Positions 1-10,380 of a stretch of DNA of 64,000 nucleotides are shown piece after piece. A model generated the notes under the pieces. That model had not been told where the DNA came from. It saw only the letters and a list, made by a program, of their open reading frames with translations, and did no database searches. The position numbers and the translations under genes are program-made. Positions within the stretch are counted from its first letter, which is position 1, and every line of letters starts with the position of its first letter. The stretch covers positions 301-64,300 of the forward strand of contig CAYNOU010000005.1 in assembly GCA_964398885.1 (NCBI GenBank). Reading direction: 5' to 3'. The stretch is from an uncultured Candidatus Cloacimonadota bacterium. Lineage in GTDB: Bacteria > Cloacimonadota > Cloacimonadia > JGIOTU-2.

Positions 1-2
1 TC

Positions 3-130
3 TGCCCAGAACCCGCTATTCGTATTATTGATGAAAAGCCTGTAATTGATTATGATTATTGCAAGGGTTGTATGATGTGTGCAGAAGAATGTCCAAAAGA
101 TGCTATTAAGATGGAAGAGGAGGGAAAATG
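3..130 (+). CDS. porD: PFOR delta subunit (4Fe-4S ferredoxin), C-terminal fragment truncated by the window start
   Basis: Frame-3 translation [42 protein letters not shown]; CxxCxxCxxxCP ferredoxin motif; the stop overlaps the porA ATG (ATGA). Confidence 0.6.
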
Positions 131-1276
131 AAAAAGACACTGTTAGGAAATTATGCGGCTTCCTGGGGGGCCCAACTTTCAAGGGCTCAAGTAATTTCTG
201 CTTATCCAATTACTCCTCAGACCCTAATTGTAGAAAAATTGTCAGAGATTGTTGCAGATGGTAAACTTGATGCTAAATTTATTAAAGTAGAATCAGAGCA
301 TTCAGCAATGTCTGGCTGTATCGGTGCATCCGCTACGGGAGCTAGAGCATACACAGCTACAAGTTCCCAGGGGTTAGCATTGATGCACGAGATGTTACAT
401 TGGGCAGCACTGGCACGTCTACCAATTGTAATGACAAATGTCAATCGTGCTATGGCTCCTGGCTGGTCTATCTGGGCTGACCAGAATGACAGTTTATCAC
501 AACGAGATACAGGTTGGATGCAAATTTATGCTTCAAGCTCTCAAGACATTTTGGATTCAACAATTTTAGCTTATAAAGTTAGCGAGAAATTGCTTTTACC
601 AACATTTATCACTTTTGATGCCTTCTTTCTTTCGCATACTTTAGAAGTTGTTGATATGCCTCCTATTGAAGATGTTGATAAGTTTCTCCCTCCATACAAT
701 CCAGAATATAAACTTGATGTAAATGACCCACGCTCTTTTGGTGCGCTTACGAGTGAGGAGCACTACTATGAATTTAGATATAAGATGCAAAAAGCAATGG
801 AGGATGCTATTCCTGTTATTAAAGAAGCTGGTAGGGAATATGAAAAACTTACTGGTCGTTATTATGATTTGATTCATCCATACAGATGTGAAGATGCAGA
901 TTTGGTTTTAGTAACCTCTGGAACAATTGCAGAAACCACTAATGTTGCAGTTGACGAACTAAGAAAAGAGGGTAAAAAGGTTGGCAATCTTAAAATCCGA
1001 ATAATTCGTCCCTATCCCAAAGAAGATATTCTTAGAGTTATACAAAAGTGTAAGAAGATTGCTGTAATTGACCGAAATATCTCTTGCGGATATCATGGAA
1101 TTTTCGCTCAGGAATTAAAATCTGCTCTTTATAATGAGAAAGAGATTCCTGTCTGGGGATACATTATTGGTCTTGGTGGTAGAGATGTAAAAATTGAGGA
1201 TATAAAAAATATTGCAGATGAGACTCTTAAAAATGATACACCGAGAGATCTAATTTGGAAAGGAGTTAAATTATGA
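128..1276 (+). CDS. porA: Pyruvate/2-oxoacid:ferredoxin oxidoreductase alpha subunit
   Basis: 382 aa; N-terminus [28 protein letters not shown] is typical of PorA/VorA; SD GGAGGG upstream; 4-bp overlap with the next gene. Confidence 0.85.
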   Translation: MKKTLLGNYAASWGAQLSRAQVISAYPITPQTLIVEKLSEIVADGKLDAKFIKVESEHSAMSGCIGASATGARAYTATSSQGLALMHEMLHWAALARLPIVMTNVNRAMAPGWSIWADQNDSLSQRDTGWMQIYASSSQDILDSTILAYKVSEKLLLPTFITFDAFFLSHTLEVVDMPPIEDVDKFLPPYNPEYKLDVNDPRSFGALTSEEHYYEFRYKMQKAMEDAIPVIKEAGREYEKLTGRYYDLIHPYRCEDADLVLVTSGTIAETTNVAVDELRKEGKKVGNLKIRIIRPYPKEDILRVIQKCKKIAVIDRNISCGYHGIFAQELKSALYNEKEIPVWGYIIGLGGRDVKIEDIKNIADETLKNDTPRDLIWKGVKL

Positions 1277-3252
1277 AATTAACAATTCCAGAACGGGAAA
1301 TAATGCAACCTGGTCATCTTGCCTGTCAGGGTTGTGGCGGTTCACTGGCGATGCGATATGCCCTAAAGGTTTTTGGCAAGGATACGATTTTAACAATTCC
1401 AGCTTGCTGCTGGTCTGTTATTGATGGCCCTTTTCCGTATACTGCTGTTGGAGTTCCGCTTTTTCATACAGCATTTGAAACAGCTGCTATTATGGCATCT
1501 GGCATAAAAGCAGGTTTGGATATTCAAGGTAAAACATCAACTAATGTAATTGCATGGGCTGGTGATGGCGGTACTTTTGATATCGGAATTGCATCTCTTT
1601 CTGGTGCTGCAGAAAGAAATGATGATATTACATATATTTGCTATGATAATGAAGCATATATGAATTGCTTATCTCTTGATTCTCTTATTATGACTAAGAA
1701 TGGTCTTAAAAAAATAACTGAAGTAAAATTAGGAGAAGAAGTTTATGCATATAATCAAAAAACAGGAGAGCTTACACTAAAGAAATGCATTGGCATTTTT
1801 GACAATGGTGTAAAGAAGGTTTTTGAGGTTAACACATTACATCATACTATAAAAGCTACTTCAAATCACCCATTCTTAGTGTTGAAAAGAAATGGACGTG
1901 GCAAAAAATCTTACTTTGTATGGAAAGAACTGAAAGATTTAATGGAAGATAATGAGATTGTGGTTCTCAAGAAACTCATGCCAGGAAAGGGTTTCAAGTT
2001 TAACCCAATAAAACTTTCTAAGAAAGGAGATTATAAAGTAAATAAGATAAATGAAATAGAAATTCCAGAAGCCAGTTCTGAAAATCTTATGGAATTATTA
2101 GGATTATATGTTGGAGATGGCTGGGTCAGACCTCAAAAAGCAGAAGTCGGATTTGCCCTTCCCAAAAATTCAAAAGGAAGTGAAAAATTAATCTCTCTTT
2201 ACAAGGAAGTATTTAATCAAAATTTAGTTCAAAAAGATGAATCTTATATCTATGTTTATTCTGTTAACTTAGCAAAATTCATTGATTCTCTCGGTTTTGA
2301 AAAAGGAGCAAAAAATAAAATTATTCCTGCTTGGGTTTTTACATTACCAGAGCATGAAAAAGAAGCTTTTGTTAGAGGATTGATGTTATCCGATGGTTAC
2401 AAATTTAAAAATAGCAACAGATATGTCTCTGCAAGTTATGATTTACTAAGAACCTTAAGATTATTATTGCAGACAATAGGATATCAGGTTGGAAAGATTC
2501 ATCAGCAGACCAAGAAAAAAGGAACTCTTTGTGTATATAGACAATTATTAGAAGATTCTACTTACGGTTATATTAGTTTTAGCAAAAAGAAAAAACCAAA
2601 TATTTCAAAATATCTTTCTCAATTAAAACAAAGAGATTTTTTAGCAGACAATGAGTATTTCAGCACTGAAAAGGTAACTTCAATAAAGTTTATTAAAGAA
2701 GAGCCAACCTTAGATTTAAGAGTTGAGGGAGAACATAATTTTATTGCTGATGGAATCGTTGTTCATAATACTGGAATTCAGCGAAGTTCTGCAACTCCAC
2801 ACGGTGCATGGACAACAACTACACCTGTTAAACATTATAAAAAAGGGCGCAAGAAAAATATTGTAGAAATAATGGCAGCTCATAGAGTTCCTTATACTGC
2901 TACTGCTTCTGTAGGTTATCCTGAGGATTTTATAAAGAAGCTAAAAAAAGCTAAAGAAACAAGAGGATTTAAGTTTTTACATGTTCTTGCTCCCTGTCCA
3001 ACTGGCTGGAAATCCGACCCAAAATATACTGTTAAACTAGCCAAACTTGCTGTGCAGACAGATGTTTTTCCTCTTTATGAAGTAGAAGATGGAATACATT
3101 ATAGACAAACAATTAAGGTTAAAGAAAGAAAGCTTGTAACCGAATATTTTAAATATCAAGGTAGATTCAAACATCTTAAAGAGGAAGAAGTTGAGTTTAT
3201 TCAGAAAAAAATTGATGAGGATTATAAAATACTACTAAAGAAATTTCAGTAG
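1273..3252 (+). CDS. porB: PFOR beta (TPP-binding) subunit interrupted by an intein
   Basis: Extein motifs GDGGTFDIG and YDNEAYMN|TGIQRS are split by a 368-aa insert that begins with Cys and ends with His-Asn immediately before Thr. Confidence 0.85.
   Translation: MKLTIPEREIMQPGHLACQGCGGSLAMRYALKVFGKDTILTIPACCWSVIDGPFPYTAVGVPLFHTAFETAAIMASGIKAGLDIQGKTSTNVIAWAGDGGTFDIGIASLSGAAERNDDITYICYDNEAYMNCLSLDSLIMTKNGLKKITEVKLGEEVYAYNQKTGELTLKKCIGIFDNGVKKVFEVNTLHHTIKATSNHPFLVLKRNGRGKKSYFVWKELKDLMEDNEIVVLKKLMPGKGFKFNPIKLSKKGDYKVNKINEIEIPEASSENLMELLGLYVGDGWVRPQKAEVGFALPKNSKGSEKLISLYKEVFNQNLVQKDESYIYVYSVNLAKFIDSLGFEKGAKNKIIPAWVFTLPEHEKEAFVRGLMLSDGYKFKNSNRYVSASYDLLRTLRLLLQTIGYQVGKIHQQTKKKGTLCVYRQLLEDSTYGYISFSKKKKPNISKYLSQLKQRDFLADNEYFSTEKVTSIKFIKEEPTLDLRVEGEHNFIADGIVVHNTGIQRSSATPHGAWTTTTPVKHYKKGRKKNIVEIMAAHRVPYTATASVGYPEDFIKKLKKAKETRGFKFLHVLAPCPTGWKSDPKYTVKLAKLAVQTDVFPLYEVEDGIHYRQTIKVKERKLVTEYFKYQGRFKHLKEEEVEFIQKKIDEDYKILLKKFQ
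1666..2769 (+). other. Intein with LAGLIDADG homing-endonuclease domain inside porB
   Basis: Hint blocks CLSLDSLI (A), TSNHPFLV (B) and IADGIVVHN (G) followed by +1 Thr; two LAGLIDADG motifs (LLGLYVGDGWV, FVRGLMLSDGYK); the flanking extein sequence YMN/TGIQRSS is a motif that reads uninterrupted once the insert is removed (the uninterrupted motif is expected in PorB homologues). Confidence 0.8.
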
Positions 3253-3376
3253 CCCAATTAATCAGGTTATAAAAATTAGATTCTTTAATTTCACAAAATG
3301 TAAAAAGTTCTTGACAAGGAAAATTTAAAATTTATATAGTGTAATTCCTCATAATTCCCTCCTTTACTCTACTAAA

Positions 3377-3408
3377 GGGAGCCGCCTCCCCGGCGGCTCT
3401 TTTTTTAT
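3377..3408 (+). terminator. Rho-independent terminator after the por operon
   Basis: Stem GAGCCGCC / GGCGGCTC with loop TCCCC, followed by TTTTTTTAT. Confidence 0.6.
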
Positions 3409-3412
3409 ACAC

Positions 3413-5386
3413 CTATATATCTGGAATAAAGACTTCCTTATTAGAAAGTATAGTTTTGATTCTTAAATCGTTTCCATCTGAAGAAAAAATAATCGCACCA
3501 TCTTCGTCTGTGCGGAAAAATCTTACATTATGACTTTGTAATCTACCCAATGCTTTTGTGCTGGGCAATCCATAACGATTATATTTACCAACAGAAATTG
3601 CTCCAAAATCTGGAGAAGTTAATTCTAAAAATTTATCTGTAGAAGAAGTGTTGCTTCCATGATGGCAAACCTTCAATACATCAATATCTAACCCTTTCTC
3701 ATATTTCTCACAAAGATAGAATTCAACTTCTTTTTCAGCATCACCAGTAAGGAGGAATGAAAAATTTTTATACTCGCATTTTAGGACTATAGAATAATTG
3801 TTGATGTTTTTACTTGAAAATCCAGAATATGGGGAAAGCAATTTAATCCTCATCCTGGGAAACTCATCAAAGACACGCAGTGTGTCCGCATAAATAATTT
3901 TAATATTCTTATCTTTTATCTTTTTACATAGATTATGGTAAAGTAAAGAATTATATTCACACTTTGGCATCAAAACCGATTTGACTTTTATCTTATCTAA
4001 AAGATAATTTGCTCCGCCTATATGGTCTGCATGTGGATGAGTAAGAACAAGCAAATCAAGCTTTCTAATTTGTTTTCCTTGCAAGAAAGGCACAACTACT
4101 TTTTCTCCAAAATCAATCTTGTTTGTCTTATCTCCTGTGTCTATCAATATGCTTTTTCTGGAGGGTGTCTGCAGATAAATTGCATCTCCAGTGCGAACAT
4201 CAAGAACCGTTAGTTCAATTTTAGGCGAGTATAAAAGTGCTGGCAGGAAAACTATACTTAAAATAACAAAGGCTGAACCTATGATATAGCTAACTTTTCT
4301 GAAGATTCTGTCTTTCTCTTTCCATATTAGAATCAAACAGATTAAGATTGAAAAGATACCAAAAACTTGCCACTTTTCAAAATTCAAAAAATCAAAGAGC
4401 AGAATTTTCCGGCTGCTGACTAAATGTGAAATTGCAAAAAGAATGTTAAGCAAAAATTTGTTTGCTGCTACATAATATACATTTATACCGGCAATTGGAA
4501 AGAATATAGTTAGAATTGACAAAGGCAGGATGACTGAAATAAGTGGAATCGCTACGACATTTGCCAATATCCCACCAAAAGCAATCTTATGAAAATAATA
4601 TACTGTAAGTGGAGAAAGCAGTAATTGAACTACAAAGCTAATTGCCATAAGATTCAAAAGCCAGTAAGGTAGTGCCCATCTTCCCTTCAGCCTATATAAA
4701 ATTTTGGCAAAGATAGGATAGACAACCAAAATAGCAAATACCGAAAGAAACGAAAACTGAAATCCAACACTGAAAATCTGCTGGGGATTAATCAACAAGA
4801 TTATAAAGCCAGCAGCAAATAGGATGTTTACACTATCCCCTTTCCGTTGTATAATTTTCGTAATTAAGAGAAGGCTAATCATAATTACAGCGCGCTGAAC
4901 TGAAGGGGCTGAATGCGAAAGCAAAACATAATAGAAAAGTACCAGGATGGTAAAAATTCTCGCTAAGTTTCGTTTCCGAATTATTACTTGCAAAAGTGTA
5001 AGAATAATTACAGCAATTACTCCTGTGTGAAGACCACTAACAGCCAAGATATGGCTCAAACCCGAATTTGCAAAATCTTCTTTAATATTTTTATCTAAAG
5101 CTTGTTTCTCGCCTAAAAGGATTGCTTTGAGAAATCCTGCCTCTTTTTGTGGAAATAGATTTTCAATACGGTTTCGTAACCATTTCCTTGGTTTGATTAT
5201 TAGAACAGAATAGAGGTTTTGCTGACCACTCTTTATTTTTATAGATTTAGAATAAAAAAAAGTAGTAGCATAAATACTCTTGCTTTCTAAATATTCTTTG
5301 TAATTGAAACTGTAAGGATTATTATTAGGATATGGTTCTTGCAGTTTACCATAGAAGAAAATGTGGTCACCATAGTTAGCGTTCAA
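3413..5386 (-). CDS. comEC: DNA internalization competence protein ComEC/Rec2 (membrane core plus C-terminal metallo-beta-lactamase domain)
   Basis: Polytopic membrane region; MBL motif THPHADHIGG; the track M is actually TTG (Leu), in-frame continuation of the upstream fragment. Confidence 0.8.
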   Translation of the reverse strand: MNANYGDHIFFYGKLQEPYPNNNPYSFNYKEYLESKSIYATTFFYSKSIKIKSGQQNLYSVLIIKPRKWLRNRIENLFPQKEAGFLKAILLGEKQALDKNIKEDFANSGLSHILAVSGLHTGVIAVIILTLLQVIIRKRNLARIFTILVLFYYVLLSHSAPSVQRAVIMISLLLITKIIQRKGDSVNILFAAGFIILLINPQQIFSVGFQFSFLSVFAILVVYPIFAKILYRLKGRWALPYWLLNLMAISFVVQLLLSPLTVYYFHKIAFGGILANVVAIPLISVILPLSILTIFFPIAGINVYYVAANKFLLNILFAISHLVSSRKILLFDFLNFEKWQVFGIFSILICLILIWKEKDRIFRKVSYIIGSAFVILSIVFLPALLYSPKIELTVLDVRTGDAIYLQTPSRKSILIDTGDKTNKIDFGEKVVVPFLQGKQIRKLDLLVLTHPHADHIGGANYLLDKIKVKSVLMPKCEYNSLLYHNLCKKIKDKNIKIIYADTLRVFDEFPRMRIKLLSPYSGFSSKNINNYSIVLKCEYKNFSFLLTGDAEKEVEFYLCEKYEKGLDIDVLKVCHHGSNTSSTDKFLELTSPDFGAISVGKYNRYGLPSTKALGRLQSHNVRFFRTDEDGAIIFSSDGNDLRIKTILSNKEVFIPDI

Positions 5387-5509
5387 TTGTCCAATAACTG
5401 TAGCGGAAAACTTACCAGAAACAGAGATTTGCTCAATTTTTTGGAGAGATAATATAAGTCTTGTTTGACTTGCAGAAGGAATTGGTTCACCTCGTTGTCC
5501 CCGATCTAA

Positions 5510-5824
5510 TCAGGGACTACTGGGTTCATCAAGGATACGAGCTGATATATGTAATTTCTGTTCTCCTAATTCATTAGTTATTTGTGAAATATGGTTTTTG
5601 GGACGAAGTGTTGAAAGAGAGAAGCGGAATGCACCAAAAGAAAGAACGAGTAAAAATAGTAAAAAAATTGGTTTAAATCTAAAAATTATAAGGGTTAAAA
5701 AACAACAAAGAAAAAAGATGAAATATATCCAAAAAGAAAGGTATAAAATATGACAAATTACTATGCCAAGAGCAAAGAATGTTGTAATCAGAATGAAAGG
5801 TTTATTTGAGATTTTCTCTACCAT
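5510..5824 (-). CDS. comEC: ComEC N-terminal fragment (DUF4131-like), separated from the main body by one in-frame TGA
   Basis: Same reading frame as 3413..5386; reads ...RILDEPSSP-TGA-LDRGQRGEPIPSAS...LNANYGDH. Confidence 0.6.
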   Translation of the reverse strand: MVEKISNKPFILITTFFALGIVICHILYLSFWIYFIFFLCCFLTLIIFRFKPIFLLFLLVLSFGAFRFSLSTLRPKNHISQITNELGEQKLHISARILDEPSSP

Positions 5825-5890
5825 TATATTTAGTAAAATGGTGAATTTGTTAACCAGTAAACTGGTTACTAATTTACAAGTTTACCAATT

Positions 5891-5950
5891 TACCCCGTGA
5901 AATAAATCAAAGATTTAATGCGAAGCATTATTTCACGGGGTGAACTGATT
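5891..5950. repeat. GC-rich hairpin repeat (CCCCGTG family) overlapping the dxr stop
   Basis: TACCCCGTGAAAT ... ATTTCACGGGGTGAACTG; the tail ACGGGGTGAACTG recurs at 28513. Confidence 0.5.
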
Positions 5951-7082
5951 TACTAAAAATCTCTTTTTTTACTTCTTTATCAATAGCCAAAATTGTTTTT
6001 AAGTCTGGATTTAAGATATTTTCCGACTTAGATATGTAGTTATCTACAATTTTATAAATATCAATAAATTTAATTTTCTCATTTAAAAACAACGAAACCG
6101 CAGCTTCATTGGCAGCATTAAAGACGGTTGGCATAATCCCACCAGTTTTTCCAACCCAATAAGCAATTTTTATTAAAGGGAATTTTTGGTAATTAACTTC
6201 TTGAAAAGTCAGATTTGGTAAAGTTGCGATGTCAGTAAATTTCGCTGCTGTGGAAATTCTTTCTGGATATGAAAAGGCAAATTGGATTGGAATTTTCATA
6301 TCCGGATAGCTGAGTTGAGCCAGGATAGAACCATCTATGAATTCTACTAATGAATGAATAATAGATTGAGGATGAATTACCACCTCAATCTGTGCATATT
6401 TCAAACCAAAGAGGTGATGAGCTTCAATAACCTCCAAACCCTTATTAGCCATTGTTGCAGAATCAACTGTAATTTTATTTCCCATTTTCCATGTAGGATG
6501 CTGAAGGGTATCTTTAATTGTAATTTTATTAAAATTTTTCAACTCCCAATTATTGAATGGACCTCCTGATGCTGTAAGGATTATTTTTCTTACCTGGGAT
6601 GACAGAGAATTTCCAAGCAAACACTGCATAATGGCACTATGCTCACTGTCTACCGGAATTAAGTTGCAATTATTCTCTTGAACAATTTTCATTATGATAT
6701 CGCCAGCCATTACCAATGATTCTTTATTTGCCAGTGCAATATCGTGTCCACTCTGCAGTCCCGCAACCGTATATTTAAGGCCAGCCGAACCAACCACTGC
6801 ATTTAGCAAAATATCATAATCCAGTCTATTCAAAATCTCCAATAATTCATTTTCCCCAAAATAGATCCTTTTATCTGTGTTTATTTTTGACTTTACGCCT
6901 TCATTTGTAATTATTAAATTTGGAATTTTTAATTGTTCTGCATACTTTAATAAATTTTTGTAGTCATTATGAGCAGTTGCCAACACAATCTGAAACCTGT
7001 CTGAATGCCTTTTGACAACTTCTATGGTTGACCTGCCGATTGAGCCTGTTGCTCCTAAAAGTGCGATTTTCTTTCGTGACAT
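5928..7082 (-). CDS. dxr: 1-deoxy-D-xylulose 5-phosphate reductoisomerase
   Basis: 384 aa; N-terminal NADPH site LLGATGSIGRSTIEV; Dxr core conserved throughout. Confidence 0.9.
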   Translation of the reverse strand: MSRKKIALLGATGSIGRSTIEVVKRHSDRFQIVLATAHNDYKNLLKYAEQLKIPNLIITNEGVKSKINTDKRIYFGENELLEILNRLDYDILLNAVVGSAGLKYTVAGLQSGHDIALANKESLVMAGDIIMKIVQENNCNLIPVDSEHSAIMQCLLGNSLSSQVRKIILTASGGPFNNWELKNFNKITIKDTLQHPTWKMGNKITVDSATMANKGLEVIEAHHLFGLKYAQIEVVIHPQSIIHSLVEFIDGSILAQLSYPDMKIPIQFAFSYPERISTAAKFTDIATLPNLTFQEVNYQKFPLIKIAYWVGKTGGIMPTVFNAANEAAVSLFLNEKIKFIDIYKIVDNYISKSENILNPDLKTILAIDKEVKKEIFSKSVHPVK

Positions 7083-7121
7083 TTTTAAACCTTATTTTGA
7101 AGAGTTGAATTTTAACACTGA

Positions 7122-7275
7122 TTCACCCCGTGTCCAGATGTATCGGGATTACACGGGGTAAACACCGAATATCACCGAGAATTATATTTAATTATTATTC
7201 AGCTTGCCCCGCCTGCCCTGTGAAATTTCTTCCTATTTCACCGGGGTTAAATCTTTATTATTTAATGGGGTGCTT
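7122..7275. repeat. Two GC-rich hairpin repeats (CCCCGTG / CACCGGGG family) between dxr and cdsA
   Basis: ACCCCGTGTCCAGATGTATCGGGATTACACGGGGT and TTTCACCGGGGTTAAAT...TTAATGGGGTG. Confidence 0.5.
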
Positions 7276-7328
7276 TTCGGCCTGCCTGGCGTAGCCTTGG
7301 CGAAGACAGGTGATTAATCTATCCATTA

Positions 7329-8147
7329 TTACCTGATAAAACTAAAATAGAAGTACAAAAACGGTGCACTTATCATCAAACTATCAAATCTATCTAAGAT
7401 TCCACCGTGTCCAGGAAGTAGTTTAGAGGTGTCTTTTACCTGAAAATCCCTTTTTAGATTGGACTCCATTAAGTCACCAAGTTGTCCTATAATACCGACT
7501 ATTATTCCACATGCGATTATATCTTTACAGTTGGGAAGAAGGCGAAAGTTCCAGATAGCACTTATGAGTAAATTCAGCATAAAAGCAAATACAAAAGCCG
7601 AAATTATCCCGGCTATAAATCCTTCAGCAGATTTTTCTCTACTTGCTTTAAAAATATTGCGATGGCTGCCAAACTTTTCACCAATAAAATAGGCAGCTGT
7701 ATCAGTTATCCAGACTAAAACCATTAGGAATATTAAGAGTATATTTCCATACTTTAAGGTACTAATAAGGAACAAAAATTCTAAAAGCAAGGGGATATAC
7801 AACAATGCAAAGATAGTGTATGAAACTTTTTCTGTTGATTGTTTAATATTATTTGAGAAGACATCATAAGTAATGATTAAAATGAAGGTTAAAATATACA
7901 CGAATATGAGATTATTCAATCCAATAAAAAAGATATACCAGTTTATAAAAAGTGATACGACTATAATAATAGGAAGATTTATTTGAATTTTTTTCTTTTG
8001 TTTAGCAAGCACACAAAATTCTCTTACACCCAGAATAGAAATTATACTAATAAGGATTTGAAGATAAATGCCGCCGAACCAGGCGCATATTAATAAGACA
8101 GGTCCAAAACAAAAGGCACATAAAGTTCTTATAGCAATGGGTCTCAT
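7329..8147 (-). CDS. cdsA: Phosphatidate cytidylyltransferase
   Basis: 272 aa polytopic membrane protein; C-terminal signature GHGGILDRFDS. Confidence 0.85.
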   Translation of the reverse strand: MRPIAIRTLCAFCFGPVLLICAWFGGIYLQILISIISILGVREFCVLAKQKKKIQINLPIIIVVSLFINWYIFFIGLNNLIFVYILTFILIITYDVFSNNIKQSTEKVSYTIFALLYIPLLLEFLFLISTLKYGNILLIFLMVLVWITDTAAYFIGEKFGSHRNIFKASREKSAEGFIAGIISAFVFAFMLNLLISAIWNFRLLPNCKDIIACGIIVGIIGQLGDLMESNLKRDFQVKDTSKLLPGHGGILDRFDSLMISAPFLYFYFSFIR

Positions 8148-8150
8148 ATT

Positions 8151-8891
8151 TTATTGTATGTAGCTCATTGATTTAATACCACCAAATTTACGAGTTCGTT
8201 TTTGATAATCTAATATTGCTTGAAGAAATTCTTCTGGAGTGAAATCTGGCCAAAGGGTTTTTGTGAACCATAATTCCGAATATGCGGATTGCCATATCAG
8301 AAAATTACTGATTCGAATCTCACCACTTGTCCGAATTACCATATCCGGGTCTGGAAATTTACTTGTATAGAGATAATTAGAGAATTCCTCCTCTGTTACT
8401 TTCTGAATTTGTTTTTGTAAGATTTTATTAACGGTCTCCACTATTTCATTTCGCCCACCATAGTTAACAGCTAAGATTAAGTTCAAGCCAGTATTGTCTT
8501 TAGTCTTTTGATATGATTTTTTGATTTTCTTAATAAACTGCTCACTTAAACCCTTTTGTGAGCCAATAAAGTGAACAATCACATTATTTTTTGCAAGATT
8601 GTTAATTTCCTTCATCAATGTTCTTTCAATAAGATTAAGCACAGCTTTAGTTTCATTCTTGGGACGAGCCCAATTTTCCGTGGAAAATGCATAGAGAGTA
8701 AGATATTTAATTCCGAGATGCCCCGATGTTTCAACAACTCCTCTAACTGCTTTTACACCAGCTTGATGTCCTTTAATACGCGAGAGACCTCTTTGCTTTG
8801 CCCACCTACCATTACCATCCATAATAATAGCAATATGAGTTGGAATTATACCTTTTTTTACTTCTTTTATTAATTCTTCTTTGGTTTTCAT
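8151..8891 (-). CDS. uppS: Undecaprenyl diphosphate synthase (isoprenyl transferase)
   Basis: HIAIIMDGNGRWA, NYGGR and FLIWQSAYSE signature motifs. Confidence 0.9.
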   Translation of the reverse strand: MKTKEELIKEVKKGIIPTHIAIIMDGNGRWAKQRGLSRIKGHQAGVKAVRGVVETSGHLGIKYLTLYAFSTENWARPKNETKAVLNLIERTLMKEINNLAKNNVIVHFIGSQKGLSEQFIKKIKKSYQKTKDNTGLNLILAVNYGGRNEIVETVNKILQKQIQKVTEEEFSNYLYTSKFPDPDMVIRTSGEIRISNFLIWQSAYSELWFTKTLWPDFTPEEFLQAILDYQKRTRKFGGIKSMSYIQ

Positions 8892-9013
8892 AATAACTAA
8901 TTAAAATTTTTGATATGAACTATAAATTTGTCAATAAAAAAGAGGATTAAAAAGATATTTTTGATAGGATAGAATAATTGTGATTAATAAATATGATATT
9001 AAAAGGATAATAC

Positions 9014-10348
9014 TTATTTAGGTTTTTCTTTATTCTTCAACTTCTCCCACCATTCAATTCTCTTTTTTATTTCTCGTTCAAAACCAATTTCTTGTGGATG
9101 GAAAATCTTCATTTCCTTCATTTTATCAGGAAAATACTTTTGATATTTGTAATGATTATCATAGTTATGTGAGTATTTATAATTTTTGCCATAATTAAGT
9201 TCCTTCATCAACTTTGTAGGAGCATTTCTTATATGCAAAGGAACCGGGAGATGACCGCTATTTTTTGCTAATTTTGCTGCTTTATCATAAGCGATGTATA
9301 CGGAGTTACTTTTTGGTGCTGAGGCAAGATAGATAACTGCTTGCGCAAGTGCATTACTACATTCTGGCATACCGATAAAGTGCACTGCATCCTTAGCAGC
9401 GTTTGCTATTTCCAGAGCTTGATTATCAGCAAGCCCTATATCTTCGGATGCAAATCTGATAAGACGTCTGACAATATATAAAGGGTCTTCACCGCTCTCA
9501 AGCATTCTTGCCAGCCAATATAAAGCCGCATCAACATCAGAACCACGCATACTTTTATGCAGAGCGGAAATAAGATTGTAATGTTCCTCTCCTTTTTTAT
9601 CGTAAAACATACTGTTTTTCTTGAGCAATTCTTTTATTTTGGGGATTGAAAGTTCTTCCTTCTCCTTTCCGAAAGCTTTGATAATCAATTCAACAGCATT
9701 AAGAGCAACTCTAGCATCTCCGCCAGCATAACTGCTCAAGTACTTTAAAATATCCTCATCAAACATTTTTCTATACTTCATTATATCGGCATTTGGATGG
9801 TCAAAGCTTCTGGAGACGATTTTATAGATGTTGTTTTCAGTTAATTTTTCCAGAATGATTACCTTACAACGAGATAGTAAAGGTGGTATGACCTCAAAAG
9901 ATGGATTTTCTGTAGTAGCGCCAATCAGAATTATTATGCCTTTTTCCACAAAAGGTAGAAATGCATCTTGCTGAGCTTTGTTAAAGCGATGGATTTCGTC
10001 AATAAAAAGAATGGTTTTTTTGTGTTTGTTAACAAGATTGTATTCTGCCTCACGCATTGCATTCCGAACCTCAGCAATTCCGGACAATACGGCACTATAA
10101 GAGACGAATTTAGCATTCGTTTTCTTTGCAATAATCTTTGCTAAAGTAGTTTTGCCAGTTCCGGGTGGTCCCCAGAAGATTGAAGAGGTGAGTTGGTCAT
10201 TCTCTATAATTTTTCGCAGGAGAGAATCATTTCTTAATATTTTCTTCTGGCCAACAAATTCGGCAAGAGATTGGGGTCGCACACGATTGGCTAAAGGGGT
10301 GTCTTTATAGTCTATTTTTCCAATTTTTGCAAATAAATCTTCTTTCAT
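9014..10348 (-). CDS. rarA: Replication-associated recombination protein A (AAA+ ATPase)
   Basis: Walker [10 protein letters not shown], Walker [17 protein letters not shown]; MgsA C-terminal domain. Confidence 0.85.
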   Translation of the reverse strand: MKEDLFAKIGKIDYKDTPLANRVRPQSLAEFVGQKKILRNDSLLRKIIENDQLTSSIFWGPPGTGKTTLAKIIAKKTNAKFVSYSAVLSGIAEVRNAMREAEYNLVNKHKKTILFIDEIHRFNKAQQDAFLPFVEKGIIILIGATTENPSFEVIPPLLSRCKVIILEKLTENNIYKIVSRSFDHPNADIMKYRKMFDEDILKYLSSYAGGDARVALNAVELIIKAFGKEKEELSIPKIKELLKKNSMFYDKKGEEHYNLISALHKSMRGSDVDAALYWLARMLESGEDPLYIVRRLIRFASEDIGLADNQALEIANAAKDAVHFIGMPECSNALAQAVIYLASAPKSNSVYIAYDKAAKLAKNSGHLPVPLHIRNAPTKLMKELNYGKNYKYSHNYDNHYKYQKYFPDKMKEMKIFHPQEIGFEREIKKRIEWWEKLKNKEKPK

Positions 10349-10380
10349 TTTATTTGTTAGGTGTTACAAATATTTCACTC

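Noticed and set aside
79-264. 61-aa plus-strand ORF at the window start
   Set aside because: It is out of frame with the real porD terminus (frame 3) and overlaps the porA start.
5510-5512. TGA reassignment (code 25 / Gly, or selenocysteine) to explain the in-frame TGA in comEC
   Set aside because: TGA is used as a genuine stop by other well-delimited genes in the window (e.g. the porD/porA ATGA junction). No SECIS-like context was seen, and only this one gene is affected.
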